Origin: Raillietiella orientalis | Lineage: Eukaryota | Direction: 5' to 3' | Assembly (NCBI GenBank): GCA_036172245.1 | Contig: JAYWIR010000020.1 | Span: forward strand, 186,001-250,000 | DNA length: 64,000 nt | Shown here: one piece after another, positions 1 to 13,200 of the stretch | Position numbering within the stretch: position 1 is the first letter of the stretch | Layout: each line of letters opens with the position of its first letter | Translations under genes and position numbers: made by a program | The notes under the pieces: model-generated | Databases searched by the model: none | What the model was told of the DNA's origin: nothing | The model's input: only the letters and a program-made list of their open reading frames with translations

Positions 1-3000
1 CAACGGGTACAAACCGCTCGGCCCTGGCTTTTGGAGGCTGTCTTCATCGCTTGCATTCTCTTTGTCTTCCGAGAGAAAGTACCGGAAGCTCCGACACTGG
101 TTTTCCAAAGCCTTCAATATCTTTTGAACAGTTCGGAGGCTTCAGTTGGGGGAAAAAATGCCAGGAGCTTTCTGCTGCTGAAAATCGCAAGATCCCTCTC
201 ACAATGAATTGAATTCTGGACTTTACAAGTGCAGCGGGAATCCTCTTTTGATTCGTGTGATGCGCTCAAGCTTATTAAAATGAAAAAAAACAAAAAACAA
301 AGCAAAAGAATAAAAAAGAAAGGATGAAAAAAAATCTTCGATGAAGAGAATCTGTGGGAGAGACCTCCACACGCATAGCACATCTACAAAAATTTCATGA
401 AAAAACTTCTCTAATGGAACGCTCTCCTAAATTTTTCGAATCTGCACGGCAACACCCCCGAGTCTTCTGCAAAGACCTCGCTTGCTGATAAGGGTGTTTC
501 TCCTGGCCTCCTGTTCATTCATCACATCGCCTCTCCTCAGTTTTTATTATAGTTTTTTTTTTATTATTATTATTCTACCGGGACGCGAAGACTGGCAAAG
601 TCGCGTCTCCAGCTGTTAATGCCGACACGCACACTTGGATCGTGGGTTTGCATGCTTGTGTCAAGGGGGAAACAAATCGATAGGTTTTTCGATCAAATGA
701 ACCCATTCCATTTCCTTGCCTCATCGCTTCACGTCGTGTTCACGTCTCCTAGACGAACAACAGGATTGCCAGCAACAACGTCGTAAGTAGGACGATGTTA
801 CTTTGATTCCCCTCATCAGGAGAGAGACCCCTGCATGCAGTCCTCGTACGGAAAATTTTATCTTGCTTGCAGGGTGCCATTGAGTGACCGAGGCGTTCAG
901 ACTGTTCTTGCTATTTCGCTTGAAAAATGGGTTCTCTTCGTCTTTTGTTTCACCTAGCAAAATCACTTTCTTCTCCATGGAAGCGAGCGGCAAAACCACA
1001 GGCGAAGATGAGCAGGTAAAACGGTTTGAAGAGTGAAACGTCCTCTCTCCCCCTGGAACGCGCCTAGATATGGGTGCACATGAATCAGCTTTAGCAGGTA
1101 ACAAGAATGGAGTTCAGGCATCAGTCTCTTCTTAACACTTCCAGAAGGCACCTGTGTACGCTTTTCGATTTTGAAACTCAGGAACACTTCCACGTGAGGC
1201 ATGAGCTGAAGATGTCTCCACCACGAATTTTACTTTGGAAACTGAATCAGTGCTGCCAGACACTCAAGTTTCACCAACACGGTTCTGCATGACAACCTAC
1301 TTAGGCTGTTTGGAATAAATTCGTTCCCCAACTCAGCAAAGTATCATTCTGGAGGAAACGTTTGCGAGGACCGATTCTTAAGCGGTGGTGCACAAGCATC
1401 AACCAGTGCTTCATGCCTTTGGAAAGTAAAGCAAACTGTCATAACAGTCTAAAGCAATTACCGCCTCCAATTATCAAAGTGTTTTCTGTTAGCATTTTCT
1501 GTTTCCATTCTCTTCCACATAGGTATTACCACTTCCAGATATTTCTTTCTGCATCCTTTTCAAAGAAGTGCCTTCCAAAGTGTTCCACATGAAAATTAGT
1601 TGAAACAAACCTTCATTACAATTAAGGATAAGATTTTAAGCTACAGACTTGAACAGTTCATCAGATTCCAGATATGGAAATTGCTTGGAATCTGCTTCAG
1701 ACACAGAAATAGCATGCCAACGTGCATTAGCCGGTTGAAAGATGAGTGCCGTAGGCATATTTTCAAAAATAAACATAAACATTAAAATACTTTTAAGCGG
1801 AAAACAAAAAAAAAAATTGACATGGAAGAAAAATTCCTTTAGACTGGTAGGAAAGGATACTCTTGATGTTAGCATGAACTCTGAATACAGAGTGGGAAAG
1901 GATTGAGGAATCTTATCTTCGGGTTAGGAGCCCGAATTGCTTTCGAAATGTGACGTTTGGTAGACTCGGGAGTCGCTGATTGACGAGTCACTTTCCGCGA
2001 TGCCTTTTGTCTCCGTAACAGAAAAGTCAAGATGCGAATAATGATAGAAAGACTTTCGTGTTTTCAACCTCGACTGCAGCCGCTCCCATCTACAAATCTT
2101 TTTTTCTTGTTAAAGAGGTTCACAGCAAGAGCCGAGATCTGTTGGGTGTCACTGGATCACGCAAGAGGTCGCTGCAGACGCTTGCTCGTAGTCCTAGCTG
2201 GCTTTCCTCTGAACCTAGGCCTGAGATGGAAACCCATAACCCGGCGGCACGAAAAAGCCAAACAGGACAACGAGAAAAAGAAAGTAGGAGAACGAAGCGA
2301 ACGACGCAGCAGAAATCAATGCAATAAATGCCGGCTGATAATTTTACGGATGCTGGACTCAAAATCTTCTTGTGAACACACATCGTTACTCTTACACTGT
2401 AGGGACCTCATTATGACAATTCCATCTCGGAGGCTATCATTGGAAACAACGGATCATTGTAGATGCTTCATCGATGTTTTCAATTTTGCTAGAAATGCTA
2501 GGCGATTCTCAAGTCGGTAGAGAGAGTTCGCTCGAGAATATCAACTTGAATCGTTAATGATGACCGTTTCCTGACCATGCAACCAGAATTCTCACTTTTC
2601 CATTCAAGGAGTCATCAAAGGCGTATTGCTGGTCAGATTGCACTTATTGCGAATCATAAGATATTTGAGAGAGGAGGAATAAAGAGTTGAAGATCTGTGG
2701 TGTATGCCAAGATGCTTGGCTCGCAACCTCAATCGATCCAAGCAGCTTACATAATGTCAAGGTTATCTGTAGAGATAGATTCTACAGAACGTATTTCACG
2801 GCTGTTCGAAGGCTCTCGATAAGTCTCCGTTCGAATTTTTCCATCCCGATGAGATCTGCTTTTCTTTTTTTCCGCGTTTCATTCGAGAAAATAAACGAAT
2901 GGATAAATAAATAGTGCTTTTGGTCGGATTTTAATTGAAACGCTCGAAGTCTTGCAAGCATAACACGAGAACATCATCGTCACCTCTGTCGCCATTGAAC

Positions 3001-3947
3001 AAAGCGCAATATAAATCTTTCACATCGGCACGTACAGACGGCCGCGTCCAGCAGATGCTGGCTCGTATCGATTCACTTCAATTGCACGAAAAGTTACTAA
3101 TTCCTGCAATTCATCAGTCCGTTCCGAAAGATGCACATTCAGGGCGTAGCAGGGATGGCCGAGGAAGCTGCTCGTCTAGAAATCAGTGGAGATGAACAGC
3201 AAAGTAGCCAAGTTTCAGCTCTTAGGTATTTGTACCAACGTGAAAATACGGATGCCAGTCACTGATGCCGTGCAGAAACCTTCGCTGGCAAATTTGTGGG
3301 AAATTCCCATTTCCATTCTCCATTCCCATTTCTGATTTGGAAGAGATCTGGGACCGGAAGTGGGTTGCGACTCACTGTTTGAAAAACTCCCCGGGAAACA
3401 CGTGAAGAGTGGTTTCGATGGCGAAGTAGAAGAAAAATCGTATCCAAGCGACGCTGAACCAGCAGACTCTCGGAACCAGGTTTCGTGGCGGAGCTGCAAC
3501 CAAAAGGTTGTGTTTGGCAGCAGTTGCTGTTTTTGATCGTTTGAGCTCCGGCGAGAATCGCCTTTTTATCGCAATGAAGCAAAAATGATCTGAAGATCCC
3601 CAGGTATTGCGCAGCATAGGAAGCGGCACCACTTCTTGGAGAGGGGCAGGCCGTGCTTGCAAGTGTGGATGTCAACTAGAATCTGGGCATGCACCCGGAT
3701 TTCCCGCTGCCACAGCACCATTCCACCACAGAAGCACGACAATGTCACACCATCACATAACGTGTGCTTGGTATCTTAATTTTTTTAGAGGCCAGTGGCG
3801 ACCTCATGGGAGATCGTTACTATTGGCCAAGGATGGTGGGAACCCTTTTGGGTTCTTCAGCTTTCACTGCTTTCCCTCCAGCTTTTTTTTTGCTTCGGCA
3901 AGTGCTGAAGAACCATTCGCATCCTTGGAGGGGACTCACAGAGCCCA

Positions 3948-4537
3948 TTAAGCATTGTCCACGCCACCCGAAGGTGTATGCAACTCTTCAAGGTATAGGA
4001 GTAACCCCGAAGGGGCCACCGTATAAATCCAAGAAGGCTCCGTTCCTCTAACGCTCGGGAGGGAACCCAAGGGGAACCTCCTCCTTGTTGCTCTTCTGAA
4101 GAGGACTCCGAAGGGAAGTCACCCACTCACACAGCGACGTTCCCGCTTCCCAATTTTCTCCGAAAGGTCGCCTTGAAGAGTGCAGCGCACTTCTGAGCAC
4201 TCTGGAGAGGTATCAATCCACCAGCTCCATGGCACAAGATGGAGGGCCCTCCCCCGAGGGTGAAGGTACCTCCATTTTCATAACCGGAAGGGAACGGCTT
4301 CTTGATTCTCTGGAAGGATCCCGGAGGGTCCACTTCCAACCACGCAGCCGGTCCACGGGGGCATCTGGCTTCCACCAGTGCTGCACCCAGGGCCTGTCGG
4401 CCAGCCAGCGTTGTCCTGCGGGTAGGACTAGAAACCCAGGACACCCCCATTTCTGGGCGCTGATCCTTCCCCGGGTGGGATTCGAACCCGCAACGCTTGG
4501 TACCGCTAACGGAGCCACACGGCCGCCAACCCGGGCA
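3948..4537 (-). mobile_element. tRNA-derived SINE-like element, copy 1 (tRNA head plus modular hairpin body)
   Basis: Minus strand reads GCCCGGGTTGGCGGCCGTGTGG (A-box-like) ... GCGGGTTCGAATCCCAC (B-box/T-arm). The body is colinear with the copies at 9.6, 21.6, 25.5 and 27.9 kb. Shared plus-strand blocks include actcttcaag, cgttcctct, gcgcacttctg, cactctggaga, ccagctccat and tggaaggatcccggagggt. Confidence 0.85.
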
Positions 4538-5104
4538 GGGTGACCTTGAGATTTGAATGAGGTTGTATTGAAGCCGAGGAACGCTATGCCCCAAAGAGAA
4601 ATACTGATGGTACTTTCAGATATTCTTTCTAAAGACGGGGTTTAGCAATGGAGTGCTCCTTCCAAGATAGGAGCAGCTAGCCACTGTCAGCTCTTTTCAT
4701 CAGCAGCTTTCATCACCTTGCTCAGATCTGGGCGATGACCACATTTCTCATTCAGGACCATAGTTGGGCTCGTTATCGGAAAAAAGGTTTCTAGGAGCAG
4801 CGGGAAAATAAAAGGCGTGGTATGGGAAGGGAGCCTTTGGTTTTGGACGCACGCGTTCTTTTCTGGTTTTCCTCTTTAGCGATCTTGGCTGCCTCTTCCT
4901 ATTTTGTTACGCGGTCATCAGTCCCGAATTTCTTCGAGCACCATGCCGTGAAGACCAGCATGCGAGGACCTCGAACCACTTGTGAAGAGAATCCACAACG
5001 CAGAAGGGTGGGAAGGAAACCATTCGTGTTCCTGAGCTTCAGGCCTCGTGCAGTCGGTGCGGTTAGCGGTGCCTCGTGCAGAGAGTCAGCCCTGTCACTC
5101 CTTG

Positions 5105-5160
5105 AGTCTCCGCGCACTTGAACAAGCCGTCCTCCATCTGAGAGTTCGAATCCCGTCCCA
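5105..5160 (+). mobile_element. Possible isolated head fragment of the same SINE-like family
   Basis: gtctccgcgc...gagagttcgaatcccgtccc resembles the head (ggtctccgcgc...gcgggttcgaatcccgccc). No body follows. Confidence 0.35.
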
Positions 5161-6329
5161 ACTGTTGTACGCCTTGTCCGACACGACGATCATAATGACG
5201 GCACATTTGGCTCGCGCCAAATGACGACCCGTTTATCTAGTCTCTGGGATGAAACGCTTCCGGTGGATTCAATTGTGATAAACATTTGCAGCAAATAATT
5301 CGTTCTTCCTGAATAAAGTTGTCTCAGGAGAGATTACGGATGATTTATGCGGATAGACGAGCAATAAAAACATATTCCGCATCATTTCAGAGAGCATAAA
5401 CCAAAAATATGATCCTTGGAAGGAGAAGAATACGAGGGTGGCTCCCCATTTTCGATAGAGAGTTGCCTTCGTGTCGCGTAAGAAATTTCCATTATCTACA
5501 ACCGGAGTTTCGCCCGTTGCACTCTTTGATTTGCCTACCGGATTTTCCCGTTGGCGGTTTGCTGGAGCCTCGGTGGGAAACGCTCAATCGAATCTATTTT
5601 CTCAACGTCCTTCCTACTGCTCCAGAAACAGCAGCAGGACGAATGCTAAAAAAAATCCATCTTCACCTTTCCCGGGTGTTTACGGACCAAGGGGCGACTG
5701 GCTGTGGGACCCCACCGCTTAGGTCGAACGGCTGAGGGGTGTGGGCTGTTAGCGAGGCATCATCATCTTTCCAGTACAATGGCAGTGATCGCCAATTCCG
5801 AGTCGGTTGTCTTGTTCGTTCGATTTTTCGGCAGAAAGGGGAAGCTCGCCGCGTCGGAACTCTCAAAGAACCAACTAAGAAGAAGGCATACCGAGTCCGA
5901 GAAAAATTTTCGTTGACGTCCCCATGGCAGCAAAGCGTCCAGACGACTCATCTGCTCGTGATATGCTTGCTTGAGGGTTTCCAACAAATCAACTGATCTC
6001 GCTGTTCAAGTTTATCACATCCAACACGATGATTAGTCCCTTCTGGGGAGGAGGAATCAAACCCAGGCACCCTTATCCATTTTGTACGTGAGCTACCTCA
6101 TAATTGAAACCTGGAAACCTTTCCTCACGAGTTAGGGAGTGATCCGGAAAGATTAACCTAACCTAATCGACGCATCCGATCTCCAGAAATTTCTCACGTT
6201 TAAGGACCAAGAAAGGAAGAACAGATTGCCGGCTATCGGAAAGAGTTCCTCGACAGATAGCGCAGCTCCCGAAGAGGAATGTCTCTCACCATTGCGGTCC
6301 CGACATGTGACTGAGAAACGCGCGAGCGG

Positions 6330-6730
6330 TTTCAAGTTGTTGGGACCCGTCCAGAAGGCAAGCGAAGTTCAGCGGTAGCCGAGGAAAATCTCTCGAAATC
6401 TAAGATCCAAGAGCGGCGCCTCGCCGATCGCCAAGAGGATGAGAGTTCTGGGTCGAGGAGGAGGATCCCGCTCGATCTCCACGTCAGTCAAGAGGAAAAA
6501 GGTTTCCTGTCCATGCACGACGCTCAGGATCACCTCGAGGAGCGGGTCAGATGGAGTGGAAAGTTGCTGTCCTTTGAAAGGGCAGCAGCAGATTTGCCGA
6601 GGGGTTCGGCCTGCTTGATGCTTGGCACTTGGTACGGCTGAGGATGGATAAAGAAAAGGCGCAAGGGGTTACGCTCCTTCTGGTGCAACTCTGACCTCTG
6701 GAAACTTTGGGCGTCCGTAGCGAGCTTTCT
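6330..6730 (-). mobile_element. Decayed putative LINE ORF1-family remnant
   Basis: Interrupted translation PKFPEVRVAPEG...VILSVVHGQETFFLLTDVEIERDPPPR...SLAFWTGP. It matches motifs in the remnants at 56.9 kb (QDIFCSTVADDALVQRDPTSR), 38.6 kb (SIPFWDP) and 52 kb. Confidence 0.45.
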
Positions 6731-7099
6731 CACGTGGCGTACGCACATACGCGCGTGTGCGTGCGTGCAAGCGAACGCTCGATCTCCTCCCCCGAAGCGG
6801 CCCCGCGCAATCTCTTTGAGAAACTTGTCAGTGTGTGTTCGAGGTAATGAAGCGAAAGAGTTGTTCTGCTGGTTCGGGACCAGTCAGACAAATGGCGTAG
6901 GGATAGACTTGGGCGCCGTTCAAAGGAAACGCGGTGGCGGCGGGTTCCTGTCTCACTTTCATTCTGTGTACCGCGGGAACCAGCGGGAACGAACGCAGAC
7001 AGACAAAAAAAAAAAAACAAGGAAAAAAAAACAAAATCTGGGTAGGGCGACCCTTGCTGAACCCGACTGTGCGAATCCATTAGGTTCTCCCTGCGGAGG

Positions 7100-7420
7100 A
7101 GAGGGTGCTGTTCTGCAGCAACATCGTCCCCGTTTGGCGAAGCAGTTCTTCGTGGTCCCAAAACGCACCCACGTGGAGCGAGGGTTCGCTTTGCACCACC
7201 CGGACATTCACGGCGTCCATCAGAGCTACGAGGCTGTTCCTCGATCCCTCTCGGATACCCCGTGTGTGTCTGCGCTGCGGCAGGACGCTCTCCACGTCAA
7301 GTGCGGTATACCAAGAGGCCAGGAGGCTTTCCTACCGGATGACTCGGTGTCGGCACTTTCAGCAGTGGTAGATCTGGGGGGCATTCGCAGTCTTCACCGG
7401 AACTTCGAGACCATGCCTCC
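7100..7420 (+). mobile_element. Decayed putative LINE ORF1-family remnant
   Basis: ALHVKCGIPRGQEAFL (7287-7335) resembles VILSVVHGQETFF (6.5 kb) and LHTKSKCILREGFSF (17.6 kb). Confidence 0.35.
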
Positions 7421-9617
7421 TAGAAAGAAAGAAACCCGATGAGGAACTTTGTGAAACGGACATTTCCTTATCCTCCTCCCTGCTCCAAAACAGCAGCAAC
7501 GAGAGCACGTTCACTTGAGTGCATCCGAGTATGTCTTTCATTTTATGCCTCGGGCGCATCTGCGATTGCTTTTCGTCTGCCTGATTCTCTGTGTTATCAC
7601 CGACGTGACTTTCCCAAAAGATGTCTCACGGAACCGACACTCGAAGGCAAGGCCTCGAGTAGGACCTCATTGCCTCAAATCTCGAACGCCCGTACCGTGG
7701 GGGATGAAGCGACAGTTACGTGGATTTCGGTTCGATTAGGGACATCTTCAAGAGGCGATTTTCAAAATACTGCAAGATGCGGCGACGCGCACCGCATGCA
7801 CTGTGCAAGTGCTGCAGAGCAGGAAAAACTTTGAAACTGCGTCGCTGGGTTTCAGCATCACGAGTCTCGAACTTATGAACGACACCGAGAAAGAGAGAGA
7901 AATGAAAATAAAAGTGGGGGGGAGGGGGGAAGTACAAAGAACAATATGGAGAAGTAATGGAATGTTCCGGAATAGCACACAGATCGGTCGGTCGTTTCGT
8001 TTGAACTTTGGACGAAAGGGGGTCGGCATCCAAAGTCCATCAAAAGTTTGTTGGCAGTGGAATCCCATGGAAAAGCAAGGGCTCCATTCACGGAGGCGGG
8101 GCTCATCGCCTCTCATCTGCGCGAGAGAATCCGCACGGAAAGGCCAGTGAGAAGCTCCACCTGCGAGGCCGTCTTTGGAATGCTTCATCTCGTCAATCGT
8201 ATTAAGAAGGGATGTAATGGAATTTATTATCTTGTTATCCCGCGCTGGAAGTGACAAAACTCCTTTGGATTTGTTTATACACGAGATCTCCCACCTGCTC
8301 CTCGTCATAGGAGCAGCAGGAGGAACGGAATTCTCGCCAATGGTACTCGCTTTCCGAAGAGGTTGGCTCCCGCCGGAGGAGCCGCTGCCAAGCGGTAGAG
8401 CCACCCTATGAACGCTTGGCTTGCCTCCTTCTTGTCCTTAGTCGGACGTCAAAGATTACCAACAGTGAAGAGAGGGCCAAGTGAAAAAGGGGATCACGAT
8501 CGATATCAAGCCTACCGTAGAGTATGGGAGTATGGGAGAATGAAGCGCCTTCTCCTACACTTCCATCTTATTCATCTTCATGAATCCGTAATTTTGGGGG
8601 AGCGGAGTCTTTTTTGTTTTTGGTTTGTAGCTTTTCTTCCTTGCAATTGCGTGCTCATCCAGAAGAAACCCCGATGGTGTCCCAGGTTCTGCACTCTTCT
8701 CGGAAGGATTTCGATGGATCCTCGTCGTGTGACCATCAGCGTCTACGTCGGTCAGGGACGAACTGAGAGAGAGAGCGCACGCGTCTTCTAGACGGACAGG
8801 AGGCTACAAGACCTTCCTTCCGTGTCAAACTCGGGCAATTCATCTCCGATCTCGCGACATCGCAAGTTCACCATCCGGCGGGCGGCCGCTCGTCACTGCG
8901 GCGCTGGCGGTGCATGTCGAGCGCCCGCCGCCGGCCGTGAGCGAGTGCGTGGGAGGGGAGGAAGGCGAAAAGCCCCACGGCACGACGCAGTCGCGGACTA
9001 CGCGCTCCAGACGGAGTGCACGCGCGCACGCACCATCGCCACACACTGCTGCCCGTGGTATCCGTGCGGTGCTTTTTAGCCCGCAGGGTGGTCATCACTT
9101 TCGAAATCCATGCGCTCCCGAGGAGCGGGCGCAACGAACCTCCCCCATTCCTGTAAAGATCGTCTCGAAACCAGCCCGTGCCAGTTGTGGAAGGAAAGGA
9201 CTAAAGCCTAAGCATGAAACGCCCCCCCCCTTTCCCCCTCCCCACCCAGAAGGGAGGGGAAAGAGTGAGAAGCGTTCTTAGAGGGGCAAATTCATAAAAA
9301 TTAATGATTTGTGGATGAGAAGATCCTCATCCAATTAATAGGCAAATTAATAATAAATAATAAATATCCGGATTGTTGGGACTTATTGCACAGTCCTCGA
9401 GGAAGAATCTCTTGAGACTGACTGCGCAGAGCGGGTGCTGAGCCGAAGAGTCAATTCGCCCTCGCGGGCGATCGTTCCGTGGGCTGTCGGCGAGCGCCCT
9501 GCGCATGCCGTCGACTTCCGGCTTCCCGGCGCCAGGGAGAAGGGGATCTGCTGCCTTGCCGCCCCGAGAAAACGCTCGTCTGCACCGTGGGTCCGCAGCT
9601 TCCGCGCCTCTCGTCTC

Positions 9618-10297
9618 GCTCTTCAACGCTGCCCGCGGCACCAGAGGGTGCGTGATCACTCTTCAAGTTAGGAGGTGCCTCGAGAGGGGACCACCCTGTG
9701 GATCCAGGAAGCTCCGGAAGAAGCAGTCCGTTCCTCTTACGCTTGCTTTGGAACCCCGAGGGAAACCTCTTCCACATTCTCTCACGAGGAAGTCCCGTAA
9801 AGATCCAATCCTCGTTTCTTTTTCGAAGAGTGCCTAGAAAGAATCCTTTCCTGGATTTCTTCTCCGGAGGGAACCCTCAAGGAGACCACCTTGTTGATGC
9901 TTTTCTGAAGAGAACCCTGGAGGGACGCTTCCGAATTTCCCCGAAGGGAGCGGCGCGCTTCTGACACTATAGAGAGGCAAATTCCTGAAGGGGGTATCGG
10001 CCAGCTCCATCATACGGCTCCATTTTCACCACCGGAGGGGATCCCGAAGGGAACGGGCTCCTTATTTCTGGAGGGACCCCGGAGGGTGAAATCCCGATCT
10101 CGGCCAGTCAACGGGAGCAGCTGGAAACCGGTTGCTTCCACCCGAATGGACCAGCCAGCGTCGTCCTGCAGGGAAAGCAACCCGAAAACCCACGACGCAC
10201 CTATTTCTCGGCGCCGACCCTTCCTCGGGCGGGATTCGAACTTGCAATGCTTGGCACCGCGCGCGGAGGTTGCGACCACAAAGACTGCGACGCGGAC
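9618..10297 (-). mobile_element. tRNA-derived SINE-like element, copy 2 (longest)
   Basis: B-box AGTTCGAATCCCGC on the minus strand at about 10229-10242. Colinear body. Units recur at about 9668, 9703, 9742, 9782, 9822, 9863, 9904, 9939, 9969, 10031 and 10068. Confidence 0.85.
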
Positions 10298-13200
10298 TCC
10301 GTCTCGCTCTTGCGCCGCGCGACGGTACCTCCCCCGAGAAGGGTGAAGAACCACCGAATGTTCGCGGTGCCAATCGGCCGAATTCTCTTCGTTTCCCCTC
10401 CCAAGTACTTTTTCTGGAACCCTCAAACCGAGAGCGTTCTTACCGTTTCTCCAGTGGGAAAAGAAATTCAGAAATCGCCCGAATTCGTTTCAACTCCCTC
10501 TCCCGCCCCCCGTCTTTGGCCTTTAACCCACGAAAACACCGAACGCTGTTGCGTGCCTTCCTCTTTCCAAGTCATCTTCGGACCGCAGATCCGGGAATGG
10601 TAAGGAAATATGCCTCACTCGGCAGTTGACCGTACGAGAAGGCGGCGACGGAGCAGCTCTCTCTTCTCCCGACTTGCCCCGCGGCGCCGCGCGTCCGGGG
10701 GGCGCACAAAAGCACAAGCTCTTGCGCACCCTCGCCTTCTTTTTTCGAGAGGAATCGACGTGCGTGATGAACCCGGGTGCTCGGAAAGGCACCGCGAGCT
10801 CGGATGTGCGTGCGCGGCGACCCGATTGAGAGAAATTGCCGAACTCTTCCTGTTCCCTCCCGATTACCTTGAAAAAAAAAAAAGGGAAGGGGAAGGGGAA
10901 TCGAGACGCTACAGAATTATTCTGGGGAATCCTCTTGCAGCAGTGGGCACTGCGAGGACACTCACCGCCTGTTCTCCGGGGCTGCCGATTGCTCGCCCCT
11001 TTGCACCACCTGCGTCTTCCGCTCCGATCACACTTGGGAGGAGCCGGGCCCCATTTCGCTATAGGCAACGCAGAATTAGTCGAATTTTTTTATCTTTAAA
11101 TCTTTCAAACGAGAACTAAATATTCTACTAATGCTTTCGGGCATGCCCTGTGGTCGGCTGGTCGAGGGTCCGCTTGCCCCGCGCTTGACGGGTTTGCCTT
11201 CGGCTTCGAATGGAAGTGGCAGGGAATTTCCCATCACTTCCGTTCTGTGGTTCGGAAGAATCTACCCAAGGTCGGTGGAAGACGCGTCCACCCGGAATCT
11301 GCCTTCAGTCCCTCTCGGGAGCGAGCGGCGCTGCCGAAACAACCCTCTTCCGAACCCCCACCTCCTGGCGGCCGTTGCTTCCTCCCTCCCTCCTCCCCCG
11401 CTCCCACCGCTCCTACTGTGGCAGCCCTTCCTTCGCGGGATCCCCGACTTGCTCGCCTCCCGGAAGCAGCGGGTTAAGCGGGAGGGGGGTCCGGAGGCGA
11501 CGGCGTCTTCAGTGCACCCGAGGAAGAGTCTTTTCGCGCCACGGTTCCCTCCCGCCATCAGCGCATCCCGCTCCCTGAGTCACTCACTCAGGCGTCCGGG
11601 CGAGGGAGCAAGAGTGGCAGTACTAGCCACCGGGGCCGACTGCGGCGGGCGGGCGCAAACGAATAGCCTATCCAACGCAACCGTCAGACGCCCTCGGGGA
11701 CACTCCGATGCCTTCCGCTGGCTCTCGTCTTCGATCCCCCATACCAGCCTCTGTCCCTCCCGGGTCAGCAGAAGAAGTGGACCTCGAGGCTCTTCCGTGG
11801 GCCGCCGCCGAGGTTCCTGAACATTAACGGTGCGTCTTCAGAGGACTTTCAGTTCAGAAGGGAGCGAAGAGCGCTATTCCCGAGCACGCCTGGCCTGGGT
11901 TGCCAGGAAACGCTCGAGGTAGTGCGGAGCGCTCCTCGGGACTATCGTTTTTCCGCGAAGTCCGCTCGCCTCCAGCGCACTGCTGGGGTGCACTCCGGAA
12001 TGGATCAGGGTGTCCTCTCCAGCTGATTCTCCGACGGGTTCCTATTCTGGAACGCACCCTCCTCCGCCAGGCTCCCTTCCTGTGCCTCTGCCGAGCGGGT
12101 TCTCCCTCCAGGCCGCTTCCGCGTCATGCAGCATCCGCCGTCGCTGCGGGAGGGAGAGGAGAAAGTGGTCCGCGAGGCCACGTGCCCTGCGGCCAAAGGT
12201 AGGAGGAAACGGCGTCCACCTTGCTTCCGGTCTCGCTCGCGAGAGCGGCGCCATCGAGGTGGCCTTCCTCCTCCTCCTCCGGGGTCCGTTGCTTCCCTCC
12301 CGCCTCCTCTCTTCCCGTGGCAGCGCTTCCCCGCGGAAAGGGAGCCCGGAAAAGAAGCAGCTCTGTCCTCCCTCCCCACAGTCACCCCCACCTCACCCTC
12401 CTTACCTCCGGCGGGGACCTCAGCTCGGTTGCGGGCTGGAGCAGCGGGCCCTCGCTGCCGGGCAACTACTCCCGGGACTTCTGCATGCAAAGACTTCCGT
12501 CTCCTCTCCCCTCTGCGCATCGGACCCATTCGCATCGGATGCATTATTAAGGGTACCGCCCCCCCGCTTCCTCTTCCCTTCTTCCTCCTCCACTCCTTCC
12601 AGGGGGTGGAATCGGGAAACGGCGGCGGGAAGCTCCCCGGCATCCCAAGTCCTCCGCGGAATCGAAGTGGAAGCGCCGCCGCCGAGCGGGAGAGACCGAG
12701 GGAGGCAGCGCGGGCGCTCAGCAGCTTCCGCTCGGAGGGACCCGCAACGAAGTGCTGGGGCCAGCGCCGCTGGGAATGCCGCGGCGGCGGTGCGACACCG
12801 GCCCCTGCACGGATCCCCCCAGGAAGGATGGGGAGGGCGGGAGAAAAAGGTCCTCCCCTAGCTGCCGACCCCTCTGCGGGGGTAAGAACGTCAGGAGGAA
12901 GCGGATCGGAGGAGAGGATTTCCTTCGGGATGGTTCCCTTTTCGCTCCGGATGCGCCCGTGCATGTGCGCGCACCCCGTGGGGGGTTCCGAGGAGACCGC
13001 GTCCCGGCTTCATCTTCGAGTGGCGGCCGGGAAGGACGCGGTCTCTCTTTCAGGCGCGCCCATCCGCGACTGCGAGGCAGGCGGGGCATCCTGAATTGGT
13101 TTGCACCTAGGTTCTGCCGCTGGCGCGGGCCAACTGACTTTGGGAATTGCTCGGAAGCTTCTTCTGGAGGCCCCTCGGAGGACCGGTTCCCGGCCGGAGC

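Noticed and set aside
4468..4537. Functional tRNA genes at the element heads
   Set aside because: A- and B-box-like motifs are present, but no consistent anticodon arm forms, the copies diverge, and each continues into the shared body.
8175..8411. HExxH motif (LFIHEISHLL) in a short ORF
   Set aside because: A single short motif in a 78-aa frame with no other metalloprotease context; plausible by chance given the number of frames.
9660..10090. CRISPR array interpretation of the ~40-nt periodic units
   Set aside because: The repeats are highly degenerate, the intervening parts resemble each other and are shared among copies, there are no cas genes, and the context is eukaryotic. Better described as a diverged tandem array.
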